From positions 1 through 64,000 of the forward strand of contig JAKFBU010000056.1 of assembly GCA_036676985.1 (NCBI GenBank): a DNA stretch of 64,000 nt, in the 5' to 3' direction. Both the position numbers and the translations under genes were made by a program. Source of the DNA: Candidatus Sericytochromatia bacterium. Its GTDB lineage: Bacteria > Cyanobacteriota > Sericytochromatia > S15B-MN24 > UBA4093. Shown piece by piece: positions 56,203 to 64,000 of this stretch; position 1 is the stretch's first letter, and each line of letters starts with the position of its first letter. The notes beneath the pieces were generated by a model that saw only the letters and a list, made by a program, of their open reading frames with translations, had not been told where the DNA came from and did no database searches.

Positions 56203-57594
56203 CTAGGATCCCGCGACGAGGACGAGCGCGTTGTTGACCGAGCGCTCGGACCCGTCCGAAGGGCTGTTGACGAGCTTGCCGCGGACGACCATGGCCGTCG
56301 AGCCGCCCCCGTCGAGGTTGATGGCGTCACGCGCCCCCAGCTCGTGCATGAGCCGTGCGAGCTCGTAGAGCGTCATGCCGACGCTGTGCTGCTGGCGCCC
56401 GTCCACCGTGACCATGACCACCGAGGTGCCGCCCAGGTAGCCGATGGCCGTGCGCGGGGCGCGGCCGCGGGCGATCTCGGGCCCGAAGCGCTCCTCGCGG
56501 GCCGTCACCTTGACCCGGCCGTCGGCCACGAGCGTCGGGCCGCCGCCGATGGCGGACTTCACGCCCTCCCACTCGTTGGAGAGCTGCGAGTAGAGGACGG
56601 CCCTCGAGCCGACCTTGAAGTGCTGCATCAGGCCGGGCAAGGCCTTGCCCTGGCCCGAGACCACGAAGCCGTCCCGGGGGATGACCGAGTTGCCGGTGTT
56701 GGCCGCCATCACCGTCCCGTCGCCGCTCACCGTGAACTCGCGTCGGCTGGGATCGGGCACCGTGCGGGTGCGATCGCCCCAGTGGGGGGTGTAGAGGAGG
56801 ATCTGGTTGCGGACGGCCTGCTGGTTCACGCCGTTGAAGAGGAAGACCTTGTCGTCATCGAGGCGCACGGCCGAGCGCAGCCGGGCGTTGTTGATGAAGC
56901 AGGTGCCGTCGTAGCGGATGCCGAATACCGAGCGGTTGAAGTAGCTGGAGCTCACGATCTGCCCGTCGAGCATCAAGAGGCCGATGGGGTCCTTGCCCTT
57001 GGGCGAGAAGAAGGATCCGTTGATGGCCGCGAGCGCCCTGGAGCGGCGCGCGATGGCCGAGACGGGCTCCGCCGAGAAGCCCCGGCCGCGCCGGGCGAGC
57101 TCCGGCAAGAGGGCGTTGCGGCGCAGGTCGGCCTTGACGACGTTGACGGACACGGGCCCCGCGAGCGTCCAGCGCTTGATGCGCTGGAACTGCACGTCGC
57201 GTCCGAGGGCCGTGACGCTCCGGCGCGTGATCTCGTGCGGGATGAAGAGGACGAAGCGATCGGCCTTGACCTTGGGCGCCATGACGAACGGGAAGCGCCA
57301 GCGCGCGACTACGCGCACGTAGCGCCCCTTCTGCTCGATCTCCACGGTGCTCAGGGGGCCGCGGGCGAGGTGCTTGGTGACGCGGTTCCGCACGCTGTTG
57401 CTCACCTGGATGTCCCAGCGGATGCCGTCCACCAGGGGCACCTTGCGGATGACCTTGGGGTTCTTCAGGCGCACGGTGAAGTCCACGCCCTTCTTAGAAG
57501 CGGTCGTGGACCAGGTCTCGGCCGACGCGACGCCCGCGTGCCCGAGGAGGATCAGCAAGAACAGGAATAGCGGTCGAATGGCTCTCACGGTCAT
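56203..57594 (-). CDS. phosphodiester glycosidase (NAGPA/DUF2233) family secreted protein
   Basis: AINGSFF, GGGP.L, PRTAIG, VDGR and A.NLDGGGS motifs. Confidence 0.9.
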   Translation of the reverse strand: MTVRAIRPLFLFLLILLGHAGVASAETWSTTASKKGVDFTVRLKNPKVIRKVPLVDGIRWDIQVSNSVRNRVTKHLARGPLSTVEIEQKGRYVRVVARWRFPFVMAPKVKADRFVLFIPHEITRRSVTALGRDVQFQRIKRWTLAGPVSVNVVKADLRRNALLPELARRGRGFSAEPVSAIARRSRALAAINGSFFSPKGKDPIGLLMLDGQIVSSSYFNRSVFGIRYDGTCFINNARLRSAVRLDDDKVFLFNGVNQQAVRNQILLYTPHWGDRTRTVPDPSRREFTVSGDGTVMAANTGNSVIPRDGFVVSGQGKALPGLMQHFKVGSRAVLYSQLSNEWEGVKSAIGGGPTLVADGRVKVTAREERFGPEIARGRAPRTAIGYLGGTSVVMVTVDGRQQHSVGMTLYELARLMHELGARDAINLDGGGSTAMVVRGKLVNSPSDGSERSVNNALVLVAGS

Positions 57595-57673
57595 CTCAGC
57601 AGCACGGCCCCAGCGCTTCCTATACCCGCCTACCCCTTCCCCTATCAGAGCAGGCGAGTGGACAGGGCCACGC

Positions 57674-57704
57674 AAAAGCGGCCTCCCCGCCGGGGGAGGC
57701 CGCT
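57674..57704 (-). terminator. intrinsic terminator
   Basis: AAAAGCGGCCTCCCC-GCCG-GGGGAGGCCGCT. Confidence 0.75.
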
Positions 57705-57717
57705 CGAAACCGGGTAC

Positions 57718-58011
57718 CTAGGCGATCGCCGCTCGGCTCTTGAGCGCGTCCAAGAGCAGCTGGGCACCGTCCGGCGTGGTGGCCGCGAACATCACCTCGG
57801 CGCTCACCCCCAGCATGCGGCTGAGCTCGGCGACCGACTCGCGGCGCTCGGCCTGGCGGCGATAGTAGCGCAGCGCCGTCACGGCCTCGTCCGGCGCAAA
57901 GCGACGGGTCGCCTCCTCGAAGCCCTCGCCGATGTGGCGGGCGAGCTCCGTGTAGAGCTCATGGTAGGTGATCCCCAGCTCGGGCGACACAAACGCGAGG
58001 ATCTTGCGCAC
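57718..58011 (-). CDS. hypothetical protein (97 aa, possible HTH-like C-terminus)
   Basis: RBS AAAGGAG, GTG start, its own terminator; SVAELSRMLGVS. Confidence 0.65.
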   Translation of the reverse strand: MRKILAFVSPELGITYHELYTELARHIGEGFEEATRRFAPDEAVTALRYYRRQAERRESVAELSRMLGVSAEVMFAATTPDGAQLLLDALKSRAAIA

Positions 58012-58102
58012 GGGAGGCTCCTTTCGATCTTAACGCAACGTAAAAAGCTTAAGTCGTTATTAACCTTATCGCCATGGCCCCGGTAAACTTGCGTCCGCCC
58101 GG

Positions 58103-58141
58103 AAAAAAAGTCGCGGGGCCGCCGAGTGGCGACCCCGCGAC
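58103..58141 (-). terminator. intrinsic terminator
   Basis: A7 run plus stem GTCGCGGGGCCGCC/GGCGACCCCGCGAC. Confidence 0.8.
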
Positions 58142-58152
58142 CGGACATCCGG

Positions 58153-58698
58153 TCAAGGTTCCTTGCGGTCGACGACCCGTTCGTCCGCGGACTGGAAGAC
58201 GTTGATCTCGTCGATCACCCAGTCCTCGGGCAGCGTGCCCCCTTTGAGGGGAGCACCCGTTTCGTCGACCGGGTGGTTGAGAAAGTTGATGCCCATGCTG
58301 TCGTCGGCAAGGCCGTACAGGCCGGGGACCCTGGGCGGCGTGAGGCCCGGGAACATGATGAGGGCGTTGCCGCCCGGTTCGCCGACCTTGAGGCCCGTGG
58401 AGGTGGCGTAGCGGTTGGAGTTGGTGCCGACGAGCACCACCTGCTCGTGCTCGAAGCCCACCACCAGCGAGTGCGCGCGCCACTGCATGAGGGCGTGGTG
58501 CTCGTCGATGGTCCGCACGTCGTCCGGCTGGCCCATGCGGGCCTTGACCTCCTCGAGCGAGTTGCCCAGGGCGACCGGGCCGATGGACTTGCCCGGCACG
58601 ATGAGGTGCGCGGGGTCCGGCCTGGCGATCGCGGTCTGGCTCGTCGCGAGCCAAGCCACGGCAGCTCCCAGGACCAAGAGCTTCCAACGCCCCTTCAT
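58153..58698 (-). CDS. secreted hypothetical protein
   Basis: Signal peptide; IVPGKSIGPV.LG...EV...G.P and T.TGLKVG motifs. Confidence 0.7.
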   Translation of the reverse strand: MKGRWKLLVLGAAVAWLATSQTAIARPDPAHLIVPGKSIGPVALGNSLEEVKARMGQPDDVRTIDEHHALMQWRAHSLVVGFEHEQVVLVGTNSNRYATSTGLKVGEPGGNALIMFPGLTPPRVPGLYGLADDSMGINFLNHPVDETGAPLKGGTLPEDWVIDEINVFQSADERVVDRKEP

Positions 58699-58778
58699 CC
58701 GTGCCGCCCTCCTCTCAGCTAGCGCTCGACAATCAGGACTTTCCCCATCCTATGCAATTCTAATCGACGCCTGCCGCC

Positions 58779-59288
58779 TCAGTCGACGAGTGCGTCGACC
58801 ACGTACTGGTAGGTCGTGTCCAAAGAGGCGCGATCGCCCAGCGCGAAGCGGCGCAGGAGCGCATGGACGGGGAAGAATTGGAGGCCGACCCGCGGAAAGC
58901 GGATGCTCGCACGCTCCTTGTCGGGACGTACGACCCAGGCCCCGCCAAGGGACTGGATCACGAGCTCGCCCGCATAGGCACCCCAGCCCAGGGCGATCGC
59001 CCCGAGTTCGTCCTCGGACGGCAAGGTGCCGGGCCAGCCGTTGGCGATGAGCATGTCGAGGATCTCGAAGTCCTCCTCGGTCTGCCGGAGAGGGACCTCG
59101 AAGGAGCTCTCGATCTCGGACTGCGAGTCCTCGGCCTGCTCCGTGAGGTCGGCGACGCCCTGGCGCCAGGTCTCGCCGTCGCGCTCGCCGGCCCCGAACT
59201 GGGCGTCGGCCTCGGCGTCGGGCACCAGGACGGGCAGCTTTTCGATGGCTTCCAGGAGTTCTTTAGAGGGTTGCGTTGGTTGATCCAT
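58779..59288 (-). CDS. hypothetical acidic protein
   Basis: WGAYAGE....LGGAW motif resembling DUF3806-like proteins. Confidence 0.6.
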   Translation of the reverse strand: MDQPTQPSKELLEAIEKLPVLVPDAEADAQFGAGERDGETWRQGVADLTEQAEDSQSEIESSFEVPLRQTEEDFEILDMLIANGWPGTLPSEDELGAIALGWGAYAGELVIQSLGGAWVVRPDKERASIRFPRVGLQFFPVHALLRRFALGDRASLDTTYQYVVDALVD

Positions 59289-60354
59289 CTCGATTCCTTG
59301 CGGGCATCACGCGCCAGACGGCCGCTTCCACGGCCTCGACGCCCAGGGTCTTCATACAGGTGAGCTCGTCGCAGGACGTCTGGCGACGATCCCACAGGCA
59401 GGGCCGGCAGCTCAGGCCCTCGACGTGGATGGCCTGGTGGACCGTTCCAGTGGGCAAGAGCTTGGCGGGATCCGTGGGCCCGAAGAGGGCCACGGTGGGG
59501 GTGCCCACCGCCACGCCGAGATGCATGGGCGCCGAGTCGACGCAGACCAGGATCGAGGCGTTGGCGATGAGGGCGGCAAGCTGACCGAGGCCCTTGGTCT
59601 GGCCGTAGGCCTCAATGGGCTTGAAGGTGAGCTTGGACTTGATGTCGGCGATGACCTCGGCGTCGTCCGGACCGCCCGCGATGACCACGTGCACGCCGTC
59701 GGCATGCAGGCGCGCGGCGAGCTCCGCCCACTTGGCACTCTCCCAGTTCTTGTGGAACTTCTTGATGATCGAGAGCTTGCTGGTGCCCGGGTGGATGACG
59801 ACCACGGGATCTCCGGGCAGCACGCCGTGCTCGGCGAGGAAGCCCTTGGCCCACTCGCGATCGCCCTGCGTGAGCGCCGCCTGCGGCAGGCGGAAGGGGA
59901 TGGGGATCCAGCTGCGGATCAGGTCGTAGTACATCTCCGCCGCGTACTGCTGCGGGTTGCAGGCCGCCTTCTCCGTGAGCGTCCAGCTCAGCTTGTTGGC
60001 GTCGTAGCCCGCCCGGTACCTGGCCCCCGACAGGAGGAGCAGGATCGGCATGATGGGCGAGCGGCCGGACCCGATGGCCAGGTCGAAGCCCTTCGAGCGC
60101 AGCGTCCCCATGACCTCGAGCAGCTCGCCCAACGACGGCTTGCCCTTGACGTCGAGGGTCACGACCTCGTCCACGGCCGGGTTGAAGGTCATGATCCCGC
60201 GGCAGCGGGGCTCTACCAGGGCCGTCAAGTGCGCCTGGGGATAGGCCTCGCGCAGGCTCTGGATCACCGGGAAGAACAGGATCTCGTCCCCGATGCCCCC
60301 GAAGTTGACGACCAGGATGCGCTTGATGCTCGAATCGACGGGAATGCGGCTCAC
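59263..60354 (-). CDS. glycosyltransferase family 9 (LPS heptosyltransferase-like)
   Basis: GGIGDEILF.P, IHPG, K.W and DSAPMHL..A.GTPTVALFGPTDP motifs. Confidence 0.93.
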   Translation of the reverse strand: MSRIPVDSSIKRILVVNFGGIGDEILFFPVIQSLREAYPQAHLTALVEPRCRGIMTFNPAVDEVVTLDVKGKPSLGELLEVMGTLRSKGFDLAIGSGRSPIMPILLLLSGARYRAGYDANKLSWTLTEKAACNPQQYAAEMYYDLIRSWIPIPFRLPQAALTQGDREWAKGFLAEHGVLPGDPVVVIHPGTSKLSIIKKFHKNWESAKWAELAARLHADGVHVVIAGGPDDAEVIADIKSKLTFKPIEAYGQTKGLGQLAALIANASILVCVDSAPMHLGVAVGTPTVALFGPTDPAKLLPTGTVHQAIHVEGLSCRPCLWDRRQTSCDELTCMKTLGVEAVEAAVWRVMPARNRDGSTNATL

Positions 60355-61802
60355 GCGGCGCCTCTTTCACGATGCGGAAGGTGCAGGATCACGGCCAGCG
60401 TGAGCCAGAACAGGATCTGGACGCTGGGACGGTAGAAGACGGTGTCGACCATGCCGTGGACGGACAGGCCGACCAGGACGGCGATCGCCGCCGCGCTCCA
60501 GATTCGATCGACCTTGGCGGCGGCCATGTAGAGAGCCCGGAAGATGGCGGCCAGGATGAACCACAGGAAGAGCAGGAGCCCGAAGACCCCCTTCTCGACC
60601 GCCTCCTCCAGGAAGATGTTGTAGGCGCCGAGCGCCTCGAAGCCGCTCACCATGTAGAGGGCGTAGACCTTGCGGAAGGTGTCGTTGCCGAGGCCGATGC
60701 CCGCCCACCACGAGTCCCGGATCATGCGGATCACGCCGTCCCACACGTTGAGCCGAAAGGAGTTGGACGAGTGCGTGCGGGTGGCCGTGATGGACATGAG
60801 GCGCTCCTGGAGCGCCGGGGAGTGCGCGTAGACGAACACCGCGGCCACCACGCCCAAGAGGAGCACCCCGCCCAGGAGGGCCAGGAGCCAGGGCCGGCGG
60901 CGAATGTGCGGCCACAGCGCGAAGAGGCCCAGGACGCCGAGCACGGCGACCTCGGCCACCAGGCCCAGATAGGCCCCGCGCGAGTACGTGAAGTACAAGC
61001 AGATCGGAGCCGCCAGGGCCGTGGCCAGGGCCAGGGCGCGCAGGGCCCAGTTGCGCCAGGTCAGAGCGGCCGCGATCGCGAACGGGATGATCGGGATCAA
61101 GTAGCCCGAGAGCAGGTTGGGGTTGTTGAGCGTCCCGTAGACGCGGGTCAGCTTGACCTCAGCCTCGGCGTCATCCCAGAGAGCCAGGGGCGGCACCTTG
61201 ATCTGCCACTGGTAGATGCCGTAGAGGGATTGAACCAGGGCCGCCACGAAGAGGGCCGCGAACAGGGGCACCCAGCCCCGCTCGCCGCGCCTCAGCGCCC
61301 CGCGAAAGGCCGCGAAGCTCATCCAGAAGACGAGCATCTTGGCGAGACCCTTGAGGCTCAGAACCAGGTAGGGGGAGAAGCCCACCGCCAGCAGGGAGAT
61401 GACGAAGAGGGCGAGAAACGGCAGATCGAGCGCATCCGCCGGCCGCTCGCGCGGGGGCTCGACGGCCCACTGAAAGAGCAGAGACCCGAAGGCCGCCAGG
61501 ACCAGGAGCGCGTTGAGGCCCGTCCCGACGTAGGGGGAGACGAGCAACAGGAGGCACGCGCAGAACAGCGAGAGCGCCGGGGCGAGCCGCGCCGCCCAGG
61601 ACGTCTCCCGCAGCGGCGCAAGCCATGCGTCGAGGCGCCGGCGCCCCGCGCTCACCAATCGATAGGGCGCGCTCTTCCGGACGGCCGCCTGCCATGCGGG
61701 CTGCAGGGAGACCAAGCCGAGGCTCGCGAGGACGCCCAGCAGGGGACGATCGGCGGCGGCCGGACGTGACGCGGGCATGGCTCCTCCCGTGGGTGCGGCC
61801 AT
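60351..61802 (-). CDS. IctB/O-antigen ligase family membrane protein
   Basis: ALW.D.......TRVYGTL.NPNLL.GYL, TYSRG, SSNSFRLNVW, GIG.GN and HG.VDTVFYRP (cyanobacterial IctB-like). Confidence 0.88.
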   Translation of the reverse strand: MAAPTGGAMPASRPAAADRPLLGVLASLGLVSLQPAWQAAVRKSAPYRLVSAGRRRLDAWLAPLRETSWAARLAPALSLFCACLLLLVSPYVGTGLNALLVLAAFGSLLFQWAVEPPRERPADALDLPFLALFVISLLAVGFSPYLVLSLKGLAKMLVFWMSFAAFRGALRRGERGWVPLFAALFVAALVQSLYGIYQWQIKVPPLALWDDAEAEVKLTRVYGTLNNPNLLSGYLIPIIPFAIAAALTWRNWALRALALATALAAPICLYFTYSRGAYLGLVAEVAVLGVLGLFALWPHIRRRPWLLALLGGVLLLGVVAAVFVYAHSPALQERLMSITATRTHSSNSFRLNVWDGVIRMIRDSWWAGIGLGNDTFRKVYALYMVSGFEALGAYNIFLEEAVEKGVFGLLLFLWFILAAIFRALYMAAAKVDRIWSAAAIAVLVGLSVHGMVDTVFYRPSVQILFWLTLAVILHLPHRERGAA

Positions 61803-61805
61803 GGG

Positions 61806-62318
61806 CTAGAGCTTGGGCTGGTCGACGAGGCGGACGTCGACGATGGAGCCGCGCAGGCGGTACTTGAAGCCCTCGATGTCGATGGGCACGCCGACCTTGA
61901 CCTTGTTGCCGCCGAGCACGATGGCGTCGTCGGTGATCTGGGCCTTCTCGCGCAGCGTCAACAGCACGTCCTTGCTGTAGGGCTCGGACGGATCGGGATA
62001 GGCCTTGACGCCGCCCGGCACCGGCATGGTGATGGTGCGGGGGGTGACGCGCACCTTGCGGATCGTGAGGGCCGCATAGGGCTGGTTGCGGATGGTGATG
62101 AAGGTCTTCTCACCTTCCTTGAAGATGGCCGGATCGGCGACCCCGCCGCGGATGAAGAGGTCGAACTCGGCCATGGCCTCGCCCTTGAGCTGCTGGTTGA
62201 CCCCGGCCTTGCCCGCTCGAGCGAGGCCCGCTCCCACCAAAAAGGCCACGAGCACCACCACGACCATGAGGTCGAGGGGGTTGACCTTTCCGAACAGGCG
62301 TCCCTGCTGATCAATCAT
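61806..62318 (-). CDS. DUF4330 family protein
   Basis: ID.QGRLFGK.N..D plus one TM helix; IRNQPY; G..VKVG. Confidence 0.8.
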   Translation of the reverse strand: MIDQQGRLFGKVNPLDLMVVVVLVAFLVGAGLARAGKAGVNQQLKGEAMAEFDLFIRGGVADPAIFKEGEKTFITIRNQPYAALTIRKVRVTPRTITMPVPGGVKAYPDPSEPYSKDVLLTLREKAQITDDAIVLGGNKVKVGVPIDIEGFKYRLRGSIVDVRLVDQPKL

Positions 62319-62718
62319 CGATTGAGTCCCTTTCCACCGCCCCTTCGGGGCGTCTTCACCGTACAGACGAGGTCCCATGATGCCGGGTTTCCCCCGAACA
62401 TGCAAGATTGGCCCCGCTTCCGGTGGGCGTCATGGCGGGCCTTCGCGGCCATTGGGGGCGTTCGCGCCGGGGGGAGCGGGGCGGAGATCGAGGCCCGGCA
62501 TACCCATTACGGGTACCGAAATGCAAGCACGCTCACGATTTGCTCACAAGCCATCCATCCTATCAACCCAATCCCTGATGGTTCAGGATCCAAGCAATCA
62601 TTCACAATCCTCACGGCACGTGACCGGAATACCCTCATCCGTGAAAGTTTTATAAACGGCCTGGCGGGGAATACGTGAAGGGACTGCTTGTCTGTTTTGC
62701 ACCAAAGTAGGGGGTCGC

Positions 62719-63726
62719 GTGCGCCTCACACCTGCCGCCCGCCTCTCGACGGGAATCCTGCTCTTCCTGGGCCTGGTCGGATGCCAATGGCTGCCCGTTT
62801 CGAGCGGCTCGCCGGCCGCCGACCTCAGCGGCACGGTGGATTTTGGGGGCGGGCGCCACGCCCAGGCCTCGTTCGACCAGGTGGCGGACGCCGCGACCAT
62901 CTCCCTCATGGAGACGTCGGGCCCGACCTCCACGACCATCGCCTCGACCATCACCCGGCAGGGTGGTCTGTTCAGCCTTTCCATCCCGCGCTTCGTGCCG
63001 GACCCGACCAAGATCTACATCCTCGAGGCCATCAAGGGGCTCTACGGCAACGCCGTGAACAAGGACGCGGCCCGCGTTCGGACGCTCATCCGCTACACCG
63101 ACGGCAGCTGGACCTCGCTGACGAACCTCGTGCCCGGCCCCATCAACCTCGGGGTGGGCTCGACGGCTCTATGCGTCATGTACGGCCTGCGCTCCGGCGA
63201 GGCGACCATCAACCCCGCGGAGCTCATGGGCAGCATCGCCCTAGGCAACGCCGAGGCCCTGCCCCTGCCGGCCGCCGCGGACACCTTCACGCCGCCGGCC
63301 TCGGTCGCGGCGGTCATGACCAAGCAGGACTTCCACACGGTGAGCGACCTGGTCGGGCGCGCGGTGCAGGGCGACTCGGACCCCATCTCCGCGGTGCAGT
63401 ACACGCTGGCGGACGGCTATTTCGTCAAGACGGCCCAGGACCCCTTCATCGACAACCTGAGCTCGACGGCCGCGGGCTACGGCGCTCCGCTCGTCATCAC
63501 GGGCTACCGCTTCGACCCGGTCATCGCCAACAACACCGTCTACTTCGGCGGGCCCACGGGCACCGTCGCTGCCATCGACTCCTCCAAGCCCAACTCGGCC
63601 AACGTCCTGTACGTCACCGTGCCGGAGGGAGCGCCGAGCGGCGTGGTGATGGTGCGCAACGGAACCGGCCTCAGCAACGGCATCCAGTTCACCGTCGTGC
63701 CGCGCATCGGCGGCAAGCTCAACTAG
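62719..63726 (+). CDS. lipoprotein with C-terminal IPT/TIG domain
   Basis: Lipobox LVGC; ATISL; YILEAIKGL; VITG..F...V.FGG..VTVP.GA.SG.V.V. Confidence 0.75.
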   Translation: MRLTPAARLSTGILLFLGLVGCQWLPVSSGSPAADLSGTVDFGGGRHAQASFDQVADAATISLMETSGPTSTTIASTITRQGGLFSLSIPRFVPDPTKIYILEAIKGLYGNAVNKDAARVRTLIRYTDGSWTSLTNLVPGPINLGVGSTALCVMYGLRSGEATINPAELMGSIALGNAEALPLPAAADTFTPPASVAAVMTKQDFHTVSDLVGRAVQGDSDPISAVQYTLADGYFVKTAQDPFIDNLSSTAAGYGAPLVITGYRFDPVIANNTVYFGGPTGTVAAIDSSKPNSANVLYVTVPEGAPSGVVMVRNGTGLSNGIQFTVVPRIGGKLN

Positions 63727-63739
63727 TCCGGAGGCCCCG

Positions 63740-64000
63740 ATGAACGCCCTGACCCGACTCCTCGTCGCCTCCGTGAGCATCGTGCTGCTTGCCTGCAACC
63801 CCTTGCCCGTGCAGCTGACGGCCTCGAAGCCGGTGCCACGTGACGCCGAGAGTCAGACCCAGCCGATCTCCAGGGCCCACGCCCTGGAGGGGAGCGTCGC
63901 GTTCGACGCCGGCACCCGCGACACCCAGGCGATCTCGGGCGACGTCGTCAACCTCGCGACCATCTCCCTCATCGACACCACCGCGGCCCAGACCCGGGCC
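63740..64000 (+). CDS. partial lipoprotein, paralog of 62719-63726 (truncated by window)
   Basis: RBS GGAGG; MNALTRLLVASVSIVLLAC; LEGSVAF..RDTQA..V..ATISLID. Confidence 0.75.
   Translation, partial: MNALTRLLVASVSIVLLACNPLPVQLTASKPVPRDAESQTQPISRAHALEGSVAFDAGTRDTQAISGDVVNLATISLIDTTAAQTRA

Noticed and set aside
58049-58063. TTAA-N7-TTAA as a CtrA box
   Set aside because: CtrA is alphaproteobacterial, and a single instance in AT-rich promoter DNA is not enough evidence.

Overview
High-GC bacterial chromosomal segment of about 50 genes. I found no prophage, CRISPR array or classical IS element. Gene content suggests a non-photosynthetic relative of Cyanobacteria, probably Sericytochromatia-like (inference from IctB-like, DUF4330 and GT9 genes, an SLH-barrel protein, larB/larC/larE and lipoproteins with [LI][IV]SNNxGG repeats). 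Housekeeping genes: tRNA-Phe, metG-tatD-polX-nth, rimO-pgsA-upp-cinA, cdo-cysK-cysE, kynA-kynU, hisC and larE-larB-larC. Many lineage-specific lipoproteins are interspersed. Main observations: (1) a 425-bp cassette in which a DUF559/Vsr-like nuclease gene sits between self-palindromic inverted repeats that supply its RBS and stop codon, with a gene-less copy of the palindrome 22 kb away and an apparent strand-skew switch at each copy; (2) a likely sigma28-controlled protein fusing an atypical kinase to a DUF3626/ART-like domain; (3) a full-length plant-type methionine S-methyltransferase; (4) a papain-like Cys-His-Asp protein with internal Gly-rich repeats; (5) intact ORFs lacking their metal ligands (class II aldolase, LarC); (6) frequent HIP1 octamers. 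All family calls come from motif recognition by eye; no database search was run.
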